From an uncultured Spirochaetaceae bacterium (lineage in GTDB: Bacteria; Spirochaetota; Spirochaetia; DSM-27196; SLST01), in NCBI GenBank assembly GCA_964599075.1, contig CAZREG010000003.1, positions 21,257 through 85,256 on the forward strand: a stretch of DNA of 64,000 nucleotides, written 5' to 3'. The notes under the pieces are model-generated. The model had not been told where the DNA came from. It worked only from the letters and a program-made list of their open reading frames with translations, and searched no databases. A program made the position numbers and the translations under genes. Of the stretch, positions 1 to 8,877 are shown piece by piece; position 1 is the stretch's first letter, and every line of letters starts with the position of its first letter.

Positions 1-535
1 TCAGAATCAGCCGCTCGGTTCGCTGAGCTCGCTCGCGGGCCATGGTCATGGCTACGTGTCCCCCGGCACCGTGTCCCCCAACTGTCCAGCCCTGCGTTGG
101 AATGAATGCGTTGGTTTCGGTATCAATTCTGTCCAGCAGTGACCAGAGCAGCTCCGCGCGGGCGGAAAAGGTGTGCTCGAACTCCGTGGCTGGTGAGCTG
201 AACCCAAAGGCCGGAAGATCAACTGAGACTACCGCATAGCCGGCGCGCGCAAGCTCCTCGGCGAGCAGCCGATAGGTGGCAGTGGAGCCGCCCTCGTCCG
301 GCAGCAGCAGCAGCTTTCCCGCTGTTTCCTGCCCCGGTTCCCACAACCGGTAGTGGAGACGAACAGAGGACACGCTCATGAAGCGGCTGTCGGGGAAGGG
401 GCGCGTCTCTGGAAACTGTGTCTGAAGTCGGGTCAGCGCTGGATCCGGCGCCGTTGCGCAGGCAGAAAGCAGGACGCCGGCGAGCGCAACCAGCAGGAGT
501 AACGGTCGCTTTGGTGTATGACGGTCTGTGCTCAC
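1..535 (-). CDS. alpha/beta-hydrolase-fold lipoprotein, 3' end cut by window edge
   Basis: Open minus-strand frame from GTG at 535 running off position 1; it is absent from the ORF track because it is open-ended. My translation gives VSTDRHTPKRPLLLLVALAGVLLSACATAP (lipobox LLSAC), then HYRLWEPG..GKLLLLLPDEGGSTATYRLLAEELARAGYAVVSVDLPAFGFS...TVGGHGAGGHVAM. This is the alpha/beta hydrolase layout up to the nucleophile elbow. Confidence 0.6.
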   Translation of the reverse strand, partial: MSTDRHTPKRPLLLLVALAGVLLSACATAPDPALTRLQTQFPETRPFPDSRFMSVSSVRLHYRLWEPGQETAGKLLLLPDEGGSTATYRLLAEELARAGYAVVSVDLPAFGFSSPATEFEHTFSARAELLWSLLDRIDTETNAFIPTQGWTVGGHGAGGHVAMTMARERAQRTERLIL

Positions 536-619
536 TCCCAGACCGTATCGTTCTTGCACAGAGTGGTCAATTCGGAACTACATCGGTATGTTCTAAAAAA
601 ATCCAGGCAGGGAGACTCC

Positions 620-1378
620 ATGATAGAGGTTTCATCGCTTGTAAAAGAGTTCGAACAGAAAAAGACAAAGACGCTGGCCGTCTCCAATGTCAGCTTCCGG
701 GTCGAGCCGGGGAAGATATACGGGCTACTCGGTCCCAATGGTGCCGGCAAAACCACCACGCTACGCTGTATTGCAACGCTCCTCAAGCCAACCTCCGGTT
801 CCATTACTGTCCAGGGAACAGATGTCACCCGAGAGCCGCGAAAGATCCGAGACGCGATTGGCTTTCTTACCGGAGACATGAAACTTTCTGGAAACCTGAG
901 TCCGCGCGAGCTGCTGGTCTTCTTTGGGGATCTCAACCATCTTGATCGCCAGACCACGCAGGAGCGGGTGACCTGGCTCGCCGACTACCTGGACATGAAC
1001 GAGTTCCTGGACAGACCAGTTGCAAAGCTCTCGACCGGCATGACACAGAAGGCGACCATTGCGGTGAGCCTGATTCATGATCCGGATGTGATCATCTTCG
1101 ACGAACCGACATCCGGGCTCGACATCCTTGCCGCCAAGACTGTTGTTGACTTCCTGAATGACTCCAGAGAGCGTGGCAAGACGGTTATGCTCTCCACGCA
1201 CATCATGTCTGAGGCGGAGAAGCTGTGTGACACCATTGGCATTCTCCTCAACGGAGAGCTCGCTGCCGAGGGTAGCAAGGAAGAGCTGATGGACCGTTTT
1301 GGCAAGACCAACCTGGAGGAAGTGTTCTTCTCTCTTGCCCAGGAGAAGGGCGTAACGAAGGAGGCTGCACATGCTTAA
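620..1378 (+). CDS. ABC transporter ATP-binding protein (ABC-2/NatA-like)
   Basis: Walker A GPNGAGKTT, signature LSTGMTQK, Walker B VIIFDEPTSGLD. I chose ATG 620 (MIEVSSLVKEF), preceded by GGAGA at 611-615, rather than track start 518, which would overlap the divergent hydrolase gene. Confidence 0.9.
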   Translation: MIEVSSLVKEFEQKKTKTLAVSNVSFRVEPGKIYGLLGPNGAGKTTTLRCIATLLKPTSGSITVQGTDVTREPRKIRDAIGFLTGDMKLSGNLSPRELLVFFGDLNHLDRQTTQERVTWLADYLDMNEFLDRPVAKLSTGMTQKATIAVSLIHDPDVIIFDEPTSGLDILAAKTVVDFLNDSRERGKTVMLSTHIMSEAEKLCDTIGILLNGELAAEGSKEELMDRFGKTNLEEVFFSLAQEKGVTKEAAHA

Positions 1379-2561
1379 GGATGCCCGTATCATCTTTCGA
1401 AAAGAGATGCGAAACGCATTCAAGGACAAGCGCACCATCTTTTCCAACTACGTGCTGCCGTTCCTGCTCATGCCGGCGCTCTTTCTGGCCATTACGTTCT
1501 TCCAGAACATGCTTCAGGAGGAGCGGCAGGAGCAGGTGTACGAGGTGGGGATTGTGAATGCCGAGGGAACTGCCTTCATGCAGATACTGAGTCAGCAGCT
1601 TCGCTTCACCGAGCCGGACGCATCGCTCGCGCGACCACAACCGGGAACAGATCCCTCCGAGCTGTCGGGGAATGCGCTCTGGGTCGTCTTTCCCGAAGGG
1701 TACCAGCGAGGCGACCAGTCACAGGTCGCGATCTACGCTAACTCCACATCCACCGACCAGAGCTATGCGTCGGAGGTTATCAGACGCGCCCTCCAGACGT
1801 ACGAACAGCAGATCAGTAACGAGCGTCTCGCGGAGGTGGGACTTTCCCAGGCAGATCTCAACACCATTACCATATCTGCCCGTGATACGGCGCCGGAAGA
1901 GTCACAGGGCGCCAACTTCCTGGCCATCTTTCTGCCGTACGTGATCATCATCTACCTCTTTGCCGGCAGCATGTCGATGGGGATCGATACAACCGCCGGG
2001 GAGAAGGAGCGCGGAAGCTTGAGCTCTCTGCTGGTAAACCAGGTTTCCCGCTCTTCGATCGCGCTTGGCAAGATCGGTTTCGTGGTGGCCTCTTCTCTGC
2101 TCAACAGCATTGCAAGCTTCGCCGGGCTTCTGATTGCCTTCAGCCTCAGCGCGGGACTCTTTGGATCTGGCGCATTTGCCGGCACGATTGCTCTCACCCC
2201 GCTGTCGGTGGTGAACCTGCTCCTGGTGCTGCTTACCGGGAGCGGCCTTGCGGCGACACTCTTAGTGCTGCTGGGCAGTTTCGCGGGAAGTCTGAAGGAG
2301 GCACAGGGCTACATTGGACCAGTCTATATCCTGGTCATCGTGATCGGGGTGGTGACTATGAACATGGATCCCAGCCAGTCCCTTGGCCTCTATCTGGTAC
2401 CGGTACTCAACGTGATCTTCAGTCTCAAGGCGATCATTCTCAGCCAGGCGACTCTGAGCGCACTGCTCCTGACTCTGGGCTCCAACATCGTCTTCATCTC
2501 CGTGCTCACGTATCTCACGAGCCGTCTGTACAACAGTGAGCGAATTTTGGCCAAGAGCTGA
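1371..2561 (+). CDS. ABC-2 type transporter permease (NatB-like)
   Basis: 396 aa with 8-nt overlap onto the upstream ATPase. One N-terminal TM, a large extracytoplasmic loop, then about 5 hydrophobic C-terminal segments, which is typical ABC-2 permease topology. Confidence 0.75.
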   Translation: MLKDARIIFRKEMRNAFKDKRTIFSNYVLPFLLMPALFLAITFFQNMLQEERQEQVYEVGIVNAEGTAFMQILSQQLRFTEPDASLARPQPGTDPSELSGNALWVVFPEGYQRGDQSQVAIYANSTSTDQSYASEVIRRALQTYEQQISNERLAEVGLSQADLNTITISARDTAPEESQGANFLAIFLPYVIIIYLFAGSMSMGIDTTAGEKERGSLSSLLVNQVSRSSIALGKIGFVVASSLLNSIASFAGLLIAFSLSAGLFGSGAFAGTIALTPLSVVNLLLVLLTGSGLAATLLVLLGSFAGSLKEAQGYIGPVYILVIVIGVVTMNMDPSQSLGLYLVPVLNVIFSLKAIILSQATLSALLLTLGSNIVFISVLTYLTSRLYNSERILAKS

Positions 2562-2605
2562 AGCAGGGTAAATCACCCCCGTCCTTTCTGCCGATAGGAG
2601 AGTAG

Positions 2606-3637
2606 ATGCGTAGCAGATCTTCTCTCCTCCTTACCTTGCTCCTCGTTCTTTCGGGGCCTCTCTCTGCCGTGGAGGAAGGTGCGGATATTCGCGAGCTACT
2701 CATGGCAACCGGTGCCATCCTGGAGTGGGATGAGTTCTCACGTACCGGCCTGCTCTGGGGGGCAGAAGAGTCGATCGGGTTCACTCCCGGAGAGTCGATT
2801 GCAGTCGCCGATTTTGAGGAGCTCCTCTCAATCCAGCCGGTAGCCTACGAGCAAGGACGGCTGATCGTGCCGGATGAGACGTTTGAGCTCTTTCGCGAGC
2901 GGCTCGGGCTTCGGGGAAACGCCGCGCGAATCCGTCCCATAAAGGCGATCGTCATAGACGCAGGCCACGGAGGCGTGGATCCGGGCGCAAACCGATCGAT
3001 TACCGTGGAGGGGCGGACCGTTCTGGTCAAGGAGAAGGATCTGGCGCTCGACATGGCCATACGGGTCAAGGCGGAGCTCGAGCGACTGCTCGACGGACCG
3101 GAAATCCACCTCTCGCGGGATACCGACGTGTTCCTTGAGCTTGGAGAGCGGACGGATTTCGCGAACAGTCTCCGCGAGGAACAGTTGGACAACATCCTGT
3201 TCATCTCGCTTCATGTGAATGCCAGCCGCGACCAATGGACCGACGCACGAGGCGTTGAAATCTACTACCTGCCGCCCAGCCAGCGACGCCAGGTGCTTGA
3301 TGAGGATGCCTCCGGTGAGTTCTCCGCAGATCTGCTCCCGATCCTGAACAGCGTGAAAGAGGACGAGTACACCGTGGAGAGCGTACTCATGGGACAAACC
3401 GTACTCTCCACCATTGCCGAGCAACTACCGCAGACGCCTATCACTCGCGGTGTCAACGTGGCCAACTTCTTTGTGGTGAGAGAGGCCCGAATGCCGTCCA
3501 TTCTTATTGAAACGGGCTTCATCAACAATCGCGAAGAGATAGTGCTGCTCAACAATCCCGAATATCGCCGGCAGATGTCTGCCGCCATTGCTGCCGGCAT
3601 TGCCCGCTATGTCACTGATTTTGAGTCGATCCGGTAG
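2606..3637 (+). CDS. N-acetylmuramoyl-L-alanine amidase (Amidase_3 family) with signal peptide
   Basis: Signal-like N-terminus MRSRSSLLLTLLLVLSGPLSA. Amidase_3 motifs VIDAGHGGVDPGA, FISLHVNAS and LIETGFINN. Confidence 0.85.
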   Translation: MRSRSSLLLTLLLVLSGPLSAVEEGADIRELLMATGAILEWDEFSRTGLLWGAEESIGFTPGESIAVADFEELLSIQPVAYEQGRLIVPDETFELFRERLGLRGNAARIRPIKAIVIDAGHGGVDPGANRSITVEGRTVLVKEKDLALDMAIRVKAELERLLDGPEIHLSRDTDVFLELGERTDFANSLREEQLDNILFISLHVNASRDQWTDARGVEIYYLPPSQRRQVLDEDASGEFSADLLPILNSVKEDEYTVESVLMGQTVLSTIAEQLPQTPITRGVNVANFFVVREARMPSILIETGFINNREEIVLLNNPEYRRQMSAAIAAGIARYVTDFESIR

Positions 3638-3646
3638 CCCGCTGCA

Positions 3647-3674
3647 TTGACAAAGCCACCCCTCCAACTACACT
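3647..3674 (+). promoter_or_regulatory. candidate sigma70-type promoter for fba
   Basis: TTGACA at 3647-3652, 16-nt spacer, TACACT at 3669-3674. It lies between the amidase stop and the fba RBS GAAGGAG (3686-3692). Confidence 0.3.
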
Positions 3675-3697
3675 CTGAGAGAGACGAAGGAGAAACA

Positions 3698-4774
3698 ATG
3701 GCTACATTACGTGTAAAACCCGGTGTTCTGACCGGTAATCAGCTTCAAGAAGTTTTTGAGTACTGCAAGAGCGTTCCCTGCGCCCTGCCGGCCGTCAACG
3801 TGGTCGGCAGCAACACCATCAACGCGGCGCTCCAGTCCGCCAGAGAGGCGGGAGCCCCCATCATTATCCAGTTTTCCAACGGTGGAGGACAGTTCAACGC
3901 GGGCAAGTTTCTCGACAACACCGATCAGAAGGCTGCGGTAGCCGGGTCGGTGGCGGGAGCGCATCATATTCGACTGCTCGCTGAGCACTACGGTGTTCCG
4001 GTCATCCTCCACACCGATCACTGTGCTCGCAAGGTGATCAAATGGGTGGACGGCCTTCTTGATGCCGGGGAAGAGTACTTCAAGGCACATGGCGAACCGC
4101 TGTACAGCTCTCACATGCTTGATCTCTCCGAAGAGACGCTGGAAGAGAACCTGGAGACCAGCCTGGCATACCTGGAGCGAATGGCGAAGATCAAGATGAC
4201 CCTTGAGATCGAGCTTGGAGTGACCGGCGGTGAGGAGGACGGTGTCGACAATTCAGATGTTGACAGCTCTCGGCTCTACACCCAGCCGGAGGAGGTGCTT
4301 GCTGCATACGACAAGCTCAACGGCGTGGGCAAGTTCACCGTTGCGGCTGCCTTTGGCAATACACACGGCGTCTATAAGCCGGGGAACGTGAAGCTGCGTC
4401 CAGAGATTCTTAGAAACAGTCAGGAGAGAATCAAGGCCGATCGCAAGACCGGCGAGAAGCCGCTTGATCTTGTCTTTCATGGCGGGTCAGGATCTACGGT
4501 CGAAGAGATCAAAGAGGCTGTCTCCTACGGCGTGGTGAAGATGAACATTGACACGGATACGCAATGGGCCTTCACAAGTCCGATCAAGGAGTACATGGAC
4601 AAGTACGACGCCTATCTCCATGCGCAGATTGGAAACCCTGAGGGACCGGACCAGCCCAACAAGAAGCGCATTGATCCGCGGGCCTGGCTTCATGAGGGCG
4701 AGAAGGGTATGGTAACCCGGCTCAAGGAAGCGTTCGACAACCTTGGAAGCACCGGGCAGTTCGATTTCAGCTAA
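3698..4774 (+). CDS. fba: class II fructose-1,6-bisphosphate aldolase
   Basis: MATLRVKPGVLTG.., PAVNVVG, IIQFSNGG, ILHTDHC, VFHGGSGS are class II FbaA hallmarks. Start moved to ATG 3698, which has a good RBS; the track ORF begins at 3647. Confidence 0.9.
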   Translation: MATLRVKPGVLTGNQLQEVFEYCKSVPCALPAVNVVGSNTINAALQSAREAGAPIIIQFSNGGGQFNAGKFLDNTDQKAAVAGSVAGAHHIRLLAEHYGVPVILHTDHCARKVIKWVDGLLDAGEEYFKAHGEPLYSSHMLDLSEETLEENLETSLAYLERMAKIKMTLEIELGVTGGEEDGVDNSDVDSSRLYTQPEEVLAAYDKLNGVGKFTVAAAFGNTHGVYKPGNVKLRPEILRNSQERIKADRKTGEKPLDLVFHGGSGSTVEEIKEAVSYGVVKMNIDTDTQWAFTSPIKEYMDKYDAYLHAQIGNPEGPDQPNKKRIDPRAWLHEGEKGMVTRLKEAFDNLGSTGQFDFS

Positions 4775-5706
4775 TCGACCGTCTCTATCATCTCCGTGAA
4801 AGAAACACCGGCCGTCGCGGCAAGCGCGACGGCCGCTTTTTTTGCCTGACCGTGCTCTGAAAAGACACCAAAGAACGCCCCACCGCCACCGGCTCCACTC
4901 AGCTTTGCACCAAGCGCACCTGCGTCGCGGAGCACAGAGAGCAGCTGTTCGAGCGCGCCGGTGCTCAGCCCGAGCTGACAGAGATGTGCCTGAGCCTCGG
5001 TGGCCAGATCGCCGAGCGTCCGGGCGTCGGGGGCTGCGGCTGCCTCTCGTGAAATCTCACCCAGCCTCTTCAGTCGCTCCTCGACCGGTCCCGGCGAGTG
5101 TTCGCGCCGCCGGCGGAGACCCGCAATGAGGGCCGCAGTCGACTCTTGCCGGCCGATCGCTCCTACTACCAGCGTGGCTTCCGCCAGCCGGCACGGTGAG
5201 CGAATGGGCAGAGTGCCGGGGACCGGCTCGATCAGGCTGGCTCCGGGAAAGATGGAGAGTCCGGTGTCTATGCCGGAGGGGTTCCCGTGGAAGATGTGCT
5301 CCAGTTCGTGTGCCGCTGCCCAGAAGCGCTGGAGTCCGTGCCTCTCTGCTCCGGGAAATACCGAACGTATGACGGCGGTACAGAACGCTGCCGAACTCCC
5401 GAAGCCCATGCTCATGGGCAGCGGTCCGGCAATACGCTCAAGAACGGGAGGGCGGCGGGCAGCCGGGGGCAGATCCGTGCCATAGTGAGAATCAAGGAGT
5501 GCGGGTAGCCGCTGCAGCGCGGTCTGAAGCTGCAAGCGCGCCTGCGACGGCAGGGATGTGAGCAACTTTTGCTCGCGTTCGGTGCCGGCCTCCGGTTCAC
5601 CGATGGTGACCTCCAGGGTCGCTGCAAGGCGGATGCCGAGCGCCGGGTATCCGTACACTGCAGCATGTTCCCCGAACAACAGAAGCTTGCCGTACCCTAC
5701 TGCCAC
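4771..5706 (-). CDS. mvk: mevalonate kinase (GHMP kinase)
   Basis: N-terminal GKLLLFGEHAAVYGYPALG, GHMP motif MSMGFGSSAAF, C-terminal KLSGAGGGGAFFGVF. Last gene of the MVA operon. Confidence 0.85.
   Translation of the reverse strand: MAVGYGKLLLFGEHAAVYGYPALGIRLAATLEVTIGEPEAGTEREQKLLTSLPSQARLQLQTALQRLPALLDSHYGTDLPPAARRPPVLERIAGPLPMSMGFGSSAAFCTAVIRSVFPGAERHGLQRFWAAAHELEHIFHGNPSGIDTGLSIFPGASLIEPVPGTLPIRSPCRLAEATLVVGAIGRQESTAALIAGLRRRREHSPGPVEERLKRLGEISREAAAAPDARTLGDLATEAQAHLCQLGLSTGALEQLLSVLRDAGALGAKLSGAGGGGAFFGVFSEHGQAKKAAVALAATAGVSFTEMIETVD
4809..4843 (+). terminator. rho-independent terminator of fba, embedded in the mvk coding region
   Basis: 11-bp perfect GC-rich stem CGGCCGTCGCG (4809-4819) / CGCGACGGCCG (4825-4835), loop GCAAG, then C plus T7 (4837-4843). 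It sits 35 nt after the fba stop. Confidence 0.7.
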
Positions 5707-6644
5707 ACCAGTCCCTCCCTGCTCAAAATGAGTAACTCTGCTTCAGGTGAGGTGGGGATCCTCTCCGACCTGCCGTTGAGAACTCCAACTCCCAGTTCAT
5801 TGCCGGCTCCCACCGCCTTCCACCACTCAAGAGTCGGCAGCAGATCGGCCGGAGGCGTTATCTGCGCAGACACACCGATTCTGGTTCCAAGCTCCTCGGC
5901 CAGCTTCCGATAGCGGGAGAGTGCGACGCATCCCTCCTCCCAGCTTCCTGATTGGAGAATGGCAGCCACGTGCCCGTTTGAGCTGCGAAGGAACTCCTGC
6001 GCATCACCGGGGCTCGCGGCCATCCAGGAGGTGAATCGGGCAACCGCCCCGGTTGTTGCAACCGGCGCGGCCCCGGTAAACAGCACCATAGGTGGGAGCC
6101 AGTCGAGCCGCACCCGCTCTGCTCTCGGCGTCCGTCCCCCGGTGAACCGGATGATCTCGCCGCAGAGGCTTGCCGCAACATCGTAGCCGCTGCCTCTCCC
6201 CCCCTGGGCCCTGCGGTGAACGCGGATGCTCTCCTGGAGCAGCCCCTCGAGTCCACGTCCCGCGGCCCGGTACCAGAGCGCCGTGAGAAGTCCCACCATG
6301 ACCGCGCTGGAGCCGTATCCCCGCTTGGAGCCGTCAGGACGGTGGAAGCGACTGGTATCTATGCTGAACTCTCCGCCAGGGTCGCCGCAGCTGCTCTTCA
6401 GCTGCTCTACACACGCCCCGAGCAGCCCTTGGTCACCGGGCCAGCTGAATGAGGGAAGGTCTGCACCGGAGAACCCCTGCACCCGAAGCGGCCCCCCCGG
6501 CGACCAGCTTCCGCTCGCCCGGGTGTTGATGGCCAGTCCAATGCCAACGCCTCCCTCCAGCGTCACCGCGTACTCACCGGCAAGCAGGAGATTGGCCGGG
6601 AGCGTTGCAGAGAGTTCGGGGTGAACGGAAGGAGACACGCTCAC
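5697..6644 (-). CDS. phosphomevalonate kinase (GHMP kinase family)
   Basis: ANLLLAGEYAVTLEGG N-terminus and GHMP motif KRGYGSSAVMVGLL. Positioned between mvaD and mvk as in Gram-positive and Borrelia MVA operons. The assignment rests on family plus context. Confidence 0.65.
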   Translation of the reverse strand: MSVSPSVHPELSATLPANLLLAGEYAVTLEGGVGIGLAINTRASGSWSPGGPLRVQGFSGADLPSFSWPGDQGLLGACVEQLKSSCGDPGGEFSIDTSRFHRPDGSKRGYGSSAVMVGLLTALWYRAAGRGLEGLLQESIRVHRRAQGGRGSGYDVAASLCGEIIRFTGGRTPRAERVRLDWLPPMVLFTGAAPVATTGAVARFTSWMAASPGDAQEFLRSSNGHVAAILQSGSWEEGCVALSRYRKLAEELGTRIGVSAQITPPADLLPTLEWWKAVGAGNELGVGVLNGRSERIPTSPEAELLILSREGLVWQ

Positions 6645-7609
6645 CCGACACTCCCGGCACCATCAAGGAGCGACGGGGCTCCGCCCACGGGTGTAATGAT
6701 CAGCTGAGCGTCAGGAACCACACCGGTGATCGTCCGGCAAATCTGCTCAACGTGTGGCGCAGTCGTGAGAACCTTGACCTGCGGTCCCGCGTCCATGGTC
6801 TCCCAGGCTGGAACACCCTCTGAGCGCAGTTCCTCAAGGGTGCGCAACAGCGCCACGCTCTCAGGAATCCAGTACAGGAACGGTGGTCTTGCCGTAAACA
6901 TGGTTGCAAACATGGTGAGGTAGCTTTCCCGCATGATCGGACCCAAATGTTCAAGAGAGCGCGCCTGAACCGCCGCGCATCCCCGCTCGAAGAGCTCTGC
7001 GGCGTGGTTGACCCACGCTGAGTAGAGGGGGGAGGTACGCTTGCTTCGCTCCATCCCGGCGCGGGAGCCGACCGGCTTCTTCCCCGCTGAGAGAATCGCG
7101 ACCACTACTCTGAGCTGTGGCCAGTGATCTGCCGGGAGAAACCGCTGTGCCCACGGCTCTCCGGCCTCCCATCTGGTGAAGCCCCCGTACACCGCACGGC
7201 TCGCGCTCCCGGAGCCGGTGCGCGCGAGAGAGCTGAGCTGTTCATCCGACAGCTGAGTCTCCAGCAGAGCGTTTAACGCCAGGGTCAGGGCCGCGAACCC
7301 GCTTGAGGAGCTTGCGATACCGGCTGCGGTGGGAAAGTTGTTGCTCGATTGCACGGTGAATGAACCGTTGTAGCCGCTGAGCTTGCGGAACGCGTCAAAC
7401 AGGGGGACAAACGGCTCCAGAGGTTGGTCCACGCCATCAAGAGTCACGGCGTCTCTCTCAGAGGGAACAACGGTTGTAGAGGTACGAAGGGTTTCAAGAC
7501 CGATAGCCAGATTGGAGGTAGCGGGGAGGTTTGGGGGACCATCGCTCTTGCCCCAGTACTTTACCAGTGCCAGGCTTGGGGAAGCCTCCGCAGTCGCTTG
7601 TGCCTTCAC
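6641..7609 (-). CDS. mvaD: diphosphomevalonate decarboxylase
   Basis: SLALVKYWGK, FPTAAGIASSSSGFAALTLAL and MDAGPQV motifs; 322 aa. Confidence 0.9.
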   Translation of the reverse strand: MKAQATAEASPSLALVKYWGKSDGPPNLPATSNLAIGLETLRTSTTVVPSERDAVTLDGVDQPLEPFVPLFDAFRKLSGYNGSFTVQSSNNFPTAAGIASSSSGFAALTLALNALLETQLSDEQLSSLARTGSGSASRAVYGGFTRWEAGEPWAQRFLPADHWPQLRVVVAILSAGKKPVGSRAGMERSKRTSPLYSAWVNHAAELFERGCAAVQARSLEHLGPIMRESYLTMFATMFTARPPFLYWIPESVALLRTLEELRSEGVPAWETMDAGPQVKVLTTAPHVEQICRTITGVVPDAQLIITPVGGAPSLLDGAGSVG

Positions 7610-8877
7610 CCGCCGCTGGTCTCCGGCTCACCGGTGCGAACGACCGAGAGGGCGCGCTCGGCCGCCTGTCGGGTGAACTCTCCTTCCGCCTTGAGCGCCG
7701 CTACCACGGCAGCCCGTTCCTTCCCTCGTGCCCCGGCAAGCCAGGCGAGTCTCTGGGCGTGCAGGCCCATATGACCGGGCTGAATACCCTCACCCACCAG
7801 CGCAAGGATGGCGGCCAGATTCTGGGCAAGCCCGAGTGATGCCGCTATGCAGGCGAGCCGCTGTGCTCCGGGGTTTCCCATCACCGCCCGCGCTGCTCCA
7901 CTGGTGGGATGAACCTCCGCAGCGCCGCCAACGGTACCGAGCACGATCGGCACGGCAAGACCTGCGTACAGTTGGTCTCCCTCCACCCGGTACACGGAGA
8001 GGGGTTTGTAGCGTCCTGACTCGGCTGCGTAGGAATGGGCAGCGGCCTCCAGTGCCCGTGTGTCGTTTCCGGTGGCCAGTGCCAGAGCCGTTATCCCGTT
8101 CATGATGCCCTTGTTGTGGGTGACCGCGCGGTGCGGATCGGCTGCGGCGACCGCCGAGGCAAGCTCACACCGTCTGGCCATCTCAGCCCCGCTCCGGCCG
8201 GCCCGCTCGAGATAGCGCACCGGCACACGGCACTCCGCCACGGTGAGGCGCTCAACTGCGCTGTTGGAGAGAATTGCCATGAGGCACTGCCCTCCGGTCA
8301 GCCGCTCGGCTACCGGCCGGACGCGCTCCATGGCGGTGTTCACCAGGTTGGCCCCCATGGCGTCGCGGACGTCAATCAGGAACTCGATCCGCACGCTCTC
8401 TGATTCCGGCAGCCACTCTACGTCCAGCTCGACCAGCCCACCACCGCGAGCCGCCATTCGTTGGAGAACCGGGGCCGCTTCGGCGGCCAGCTCACTGCGC
8501 CGGGCCCGCAGGAGCTCCGCTGAATCCGCGCCCGCACCCTGCAGGTATATCTGTCCTCTGGTAACGGTCTTTCCCGGGCGAGTCGTGAATCCACCTCCAC
8601 GGCTGACTATGCTCGCCCCATAGCCGGCGGCCGCTATGACCGAGGGCTCCTCCGTTGCCATGGGAATATCAAGCTGCTCGTCATCAATCAGGAAACCGGT
8701 AGCAATCCCCAACGGCAGACTCAGGTACCCCACGGCGGACTCCACCATGACGTCTGCGAGCTCAATCATCTCCGGGTCGGAACCAAAGCTCCGATCACCG
8801 GAGAGTTTGATCAGTTGGGTGACCTCAGCGCGTCTGGTAGCCAGATCGCCTCTGCGGAACCTACGAGAGAGGGCCAC
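7606..8877 (-). CDS. mvaA: hydroxymethylglutaryl-CoA reductase (class II)
   Basis: 423 aa with ATEEPSVIAAA, RDAMGANLVNT, GTVGG and HMGLHA motifs of class II HMGR. Confidence 0.9.
   Translation of the reverse strand: MALSRRFRRGDLATRRAEVTQLIKLSGDRSFGSDPEMIELADVMVESAVGYLSLPLGIATGFLIDDEQLDIPMATEEPSVIAAAGYGASIVSRGGGFTTRPGKTVTRGQIYLQGAGADSAELLRARRSELAAEAAPVLQRMAARGGGLVELDVEWLPESESVRIEFLIDVRDAMGANLVNTAMERVRPVAERLTGGQCLMAILSNSAVERLTVAECRVPVRYLERAGRSGAEMARRCELASAVAAADPHRAVTHNKGIMNGITALALATGNDTRALEAAAHSYAAESGRYKPLSVYRVEGDQLYAGLAVPIVLGTVGGAAEVHPTSGAARAVMGNPGAQRLACIAASLGLAQNLAAILALVGEGIQPGHMGLHAQRLAWLAGARGKERAAVVAALKAEGEFTRQAAERALSVVRTGEPETSGG

Noticed and set aside
42-239. A 65-aa plus-strand ORF at the window start.
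   Set aside because: It lies antisense to the open-ended alpha/beta hydrolase frame, which has a clear lipobox and hydrolase-fold sequence.
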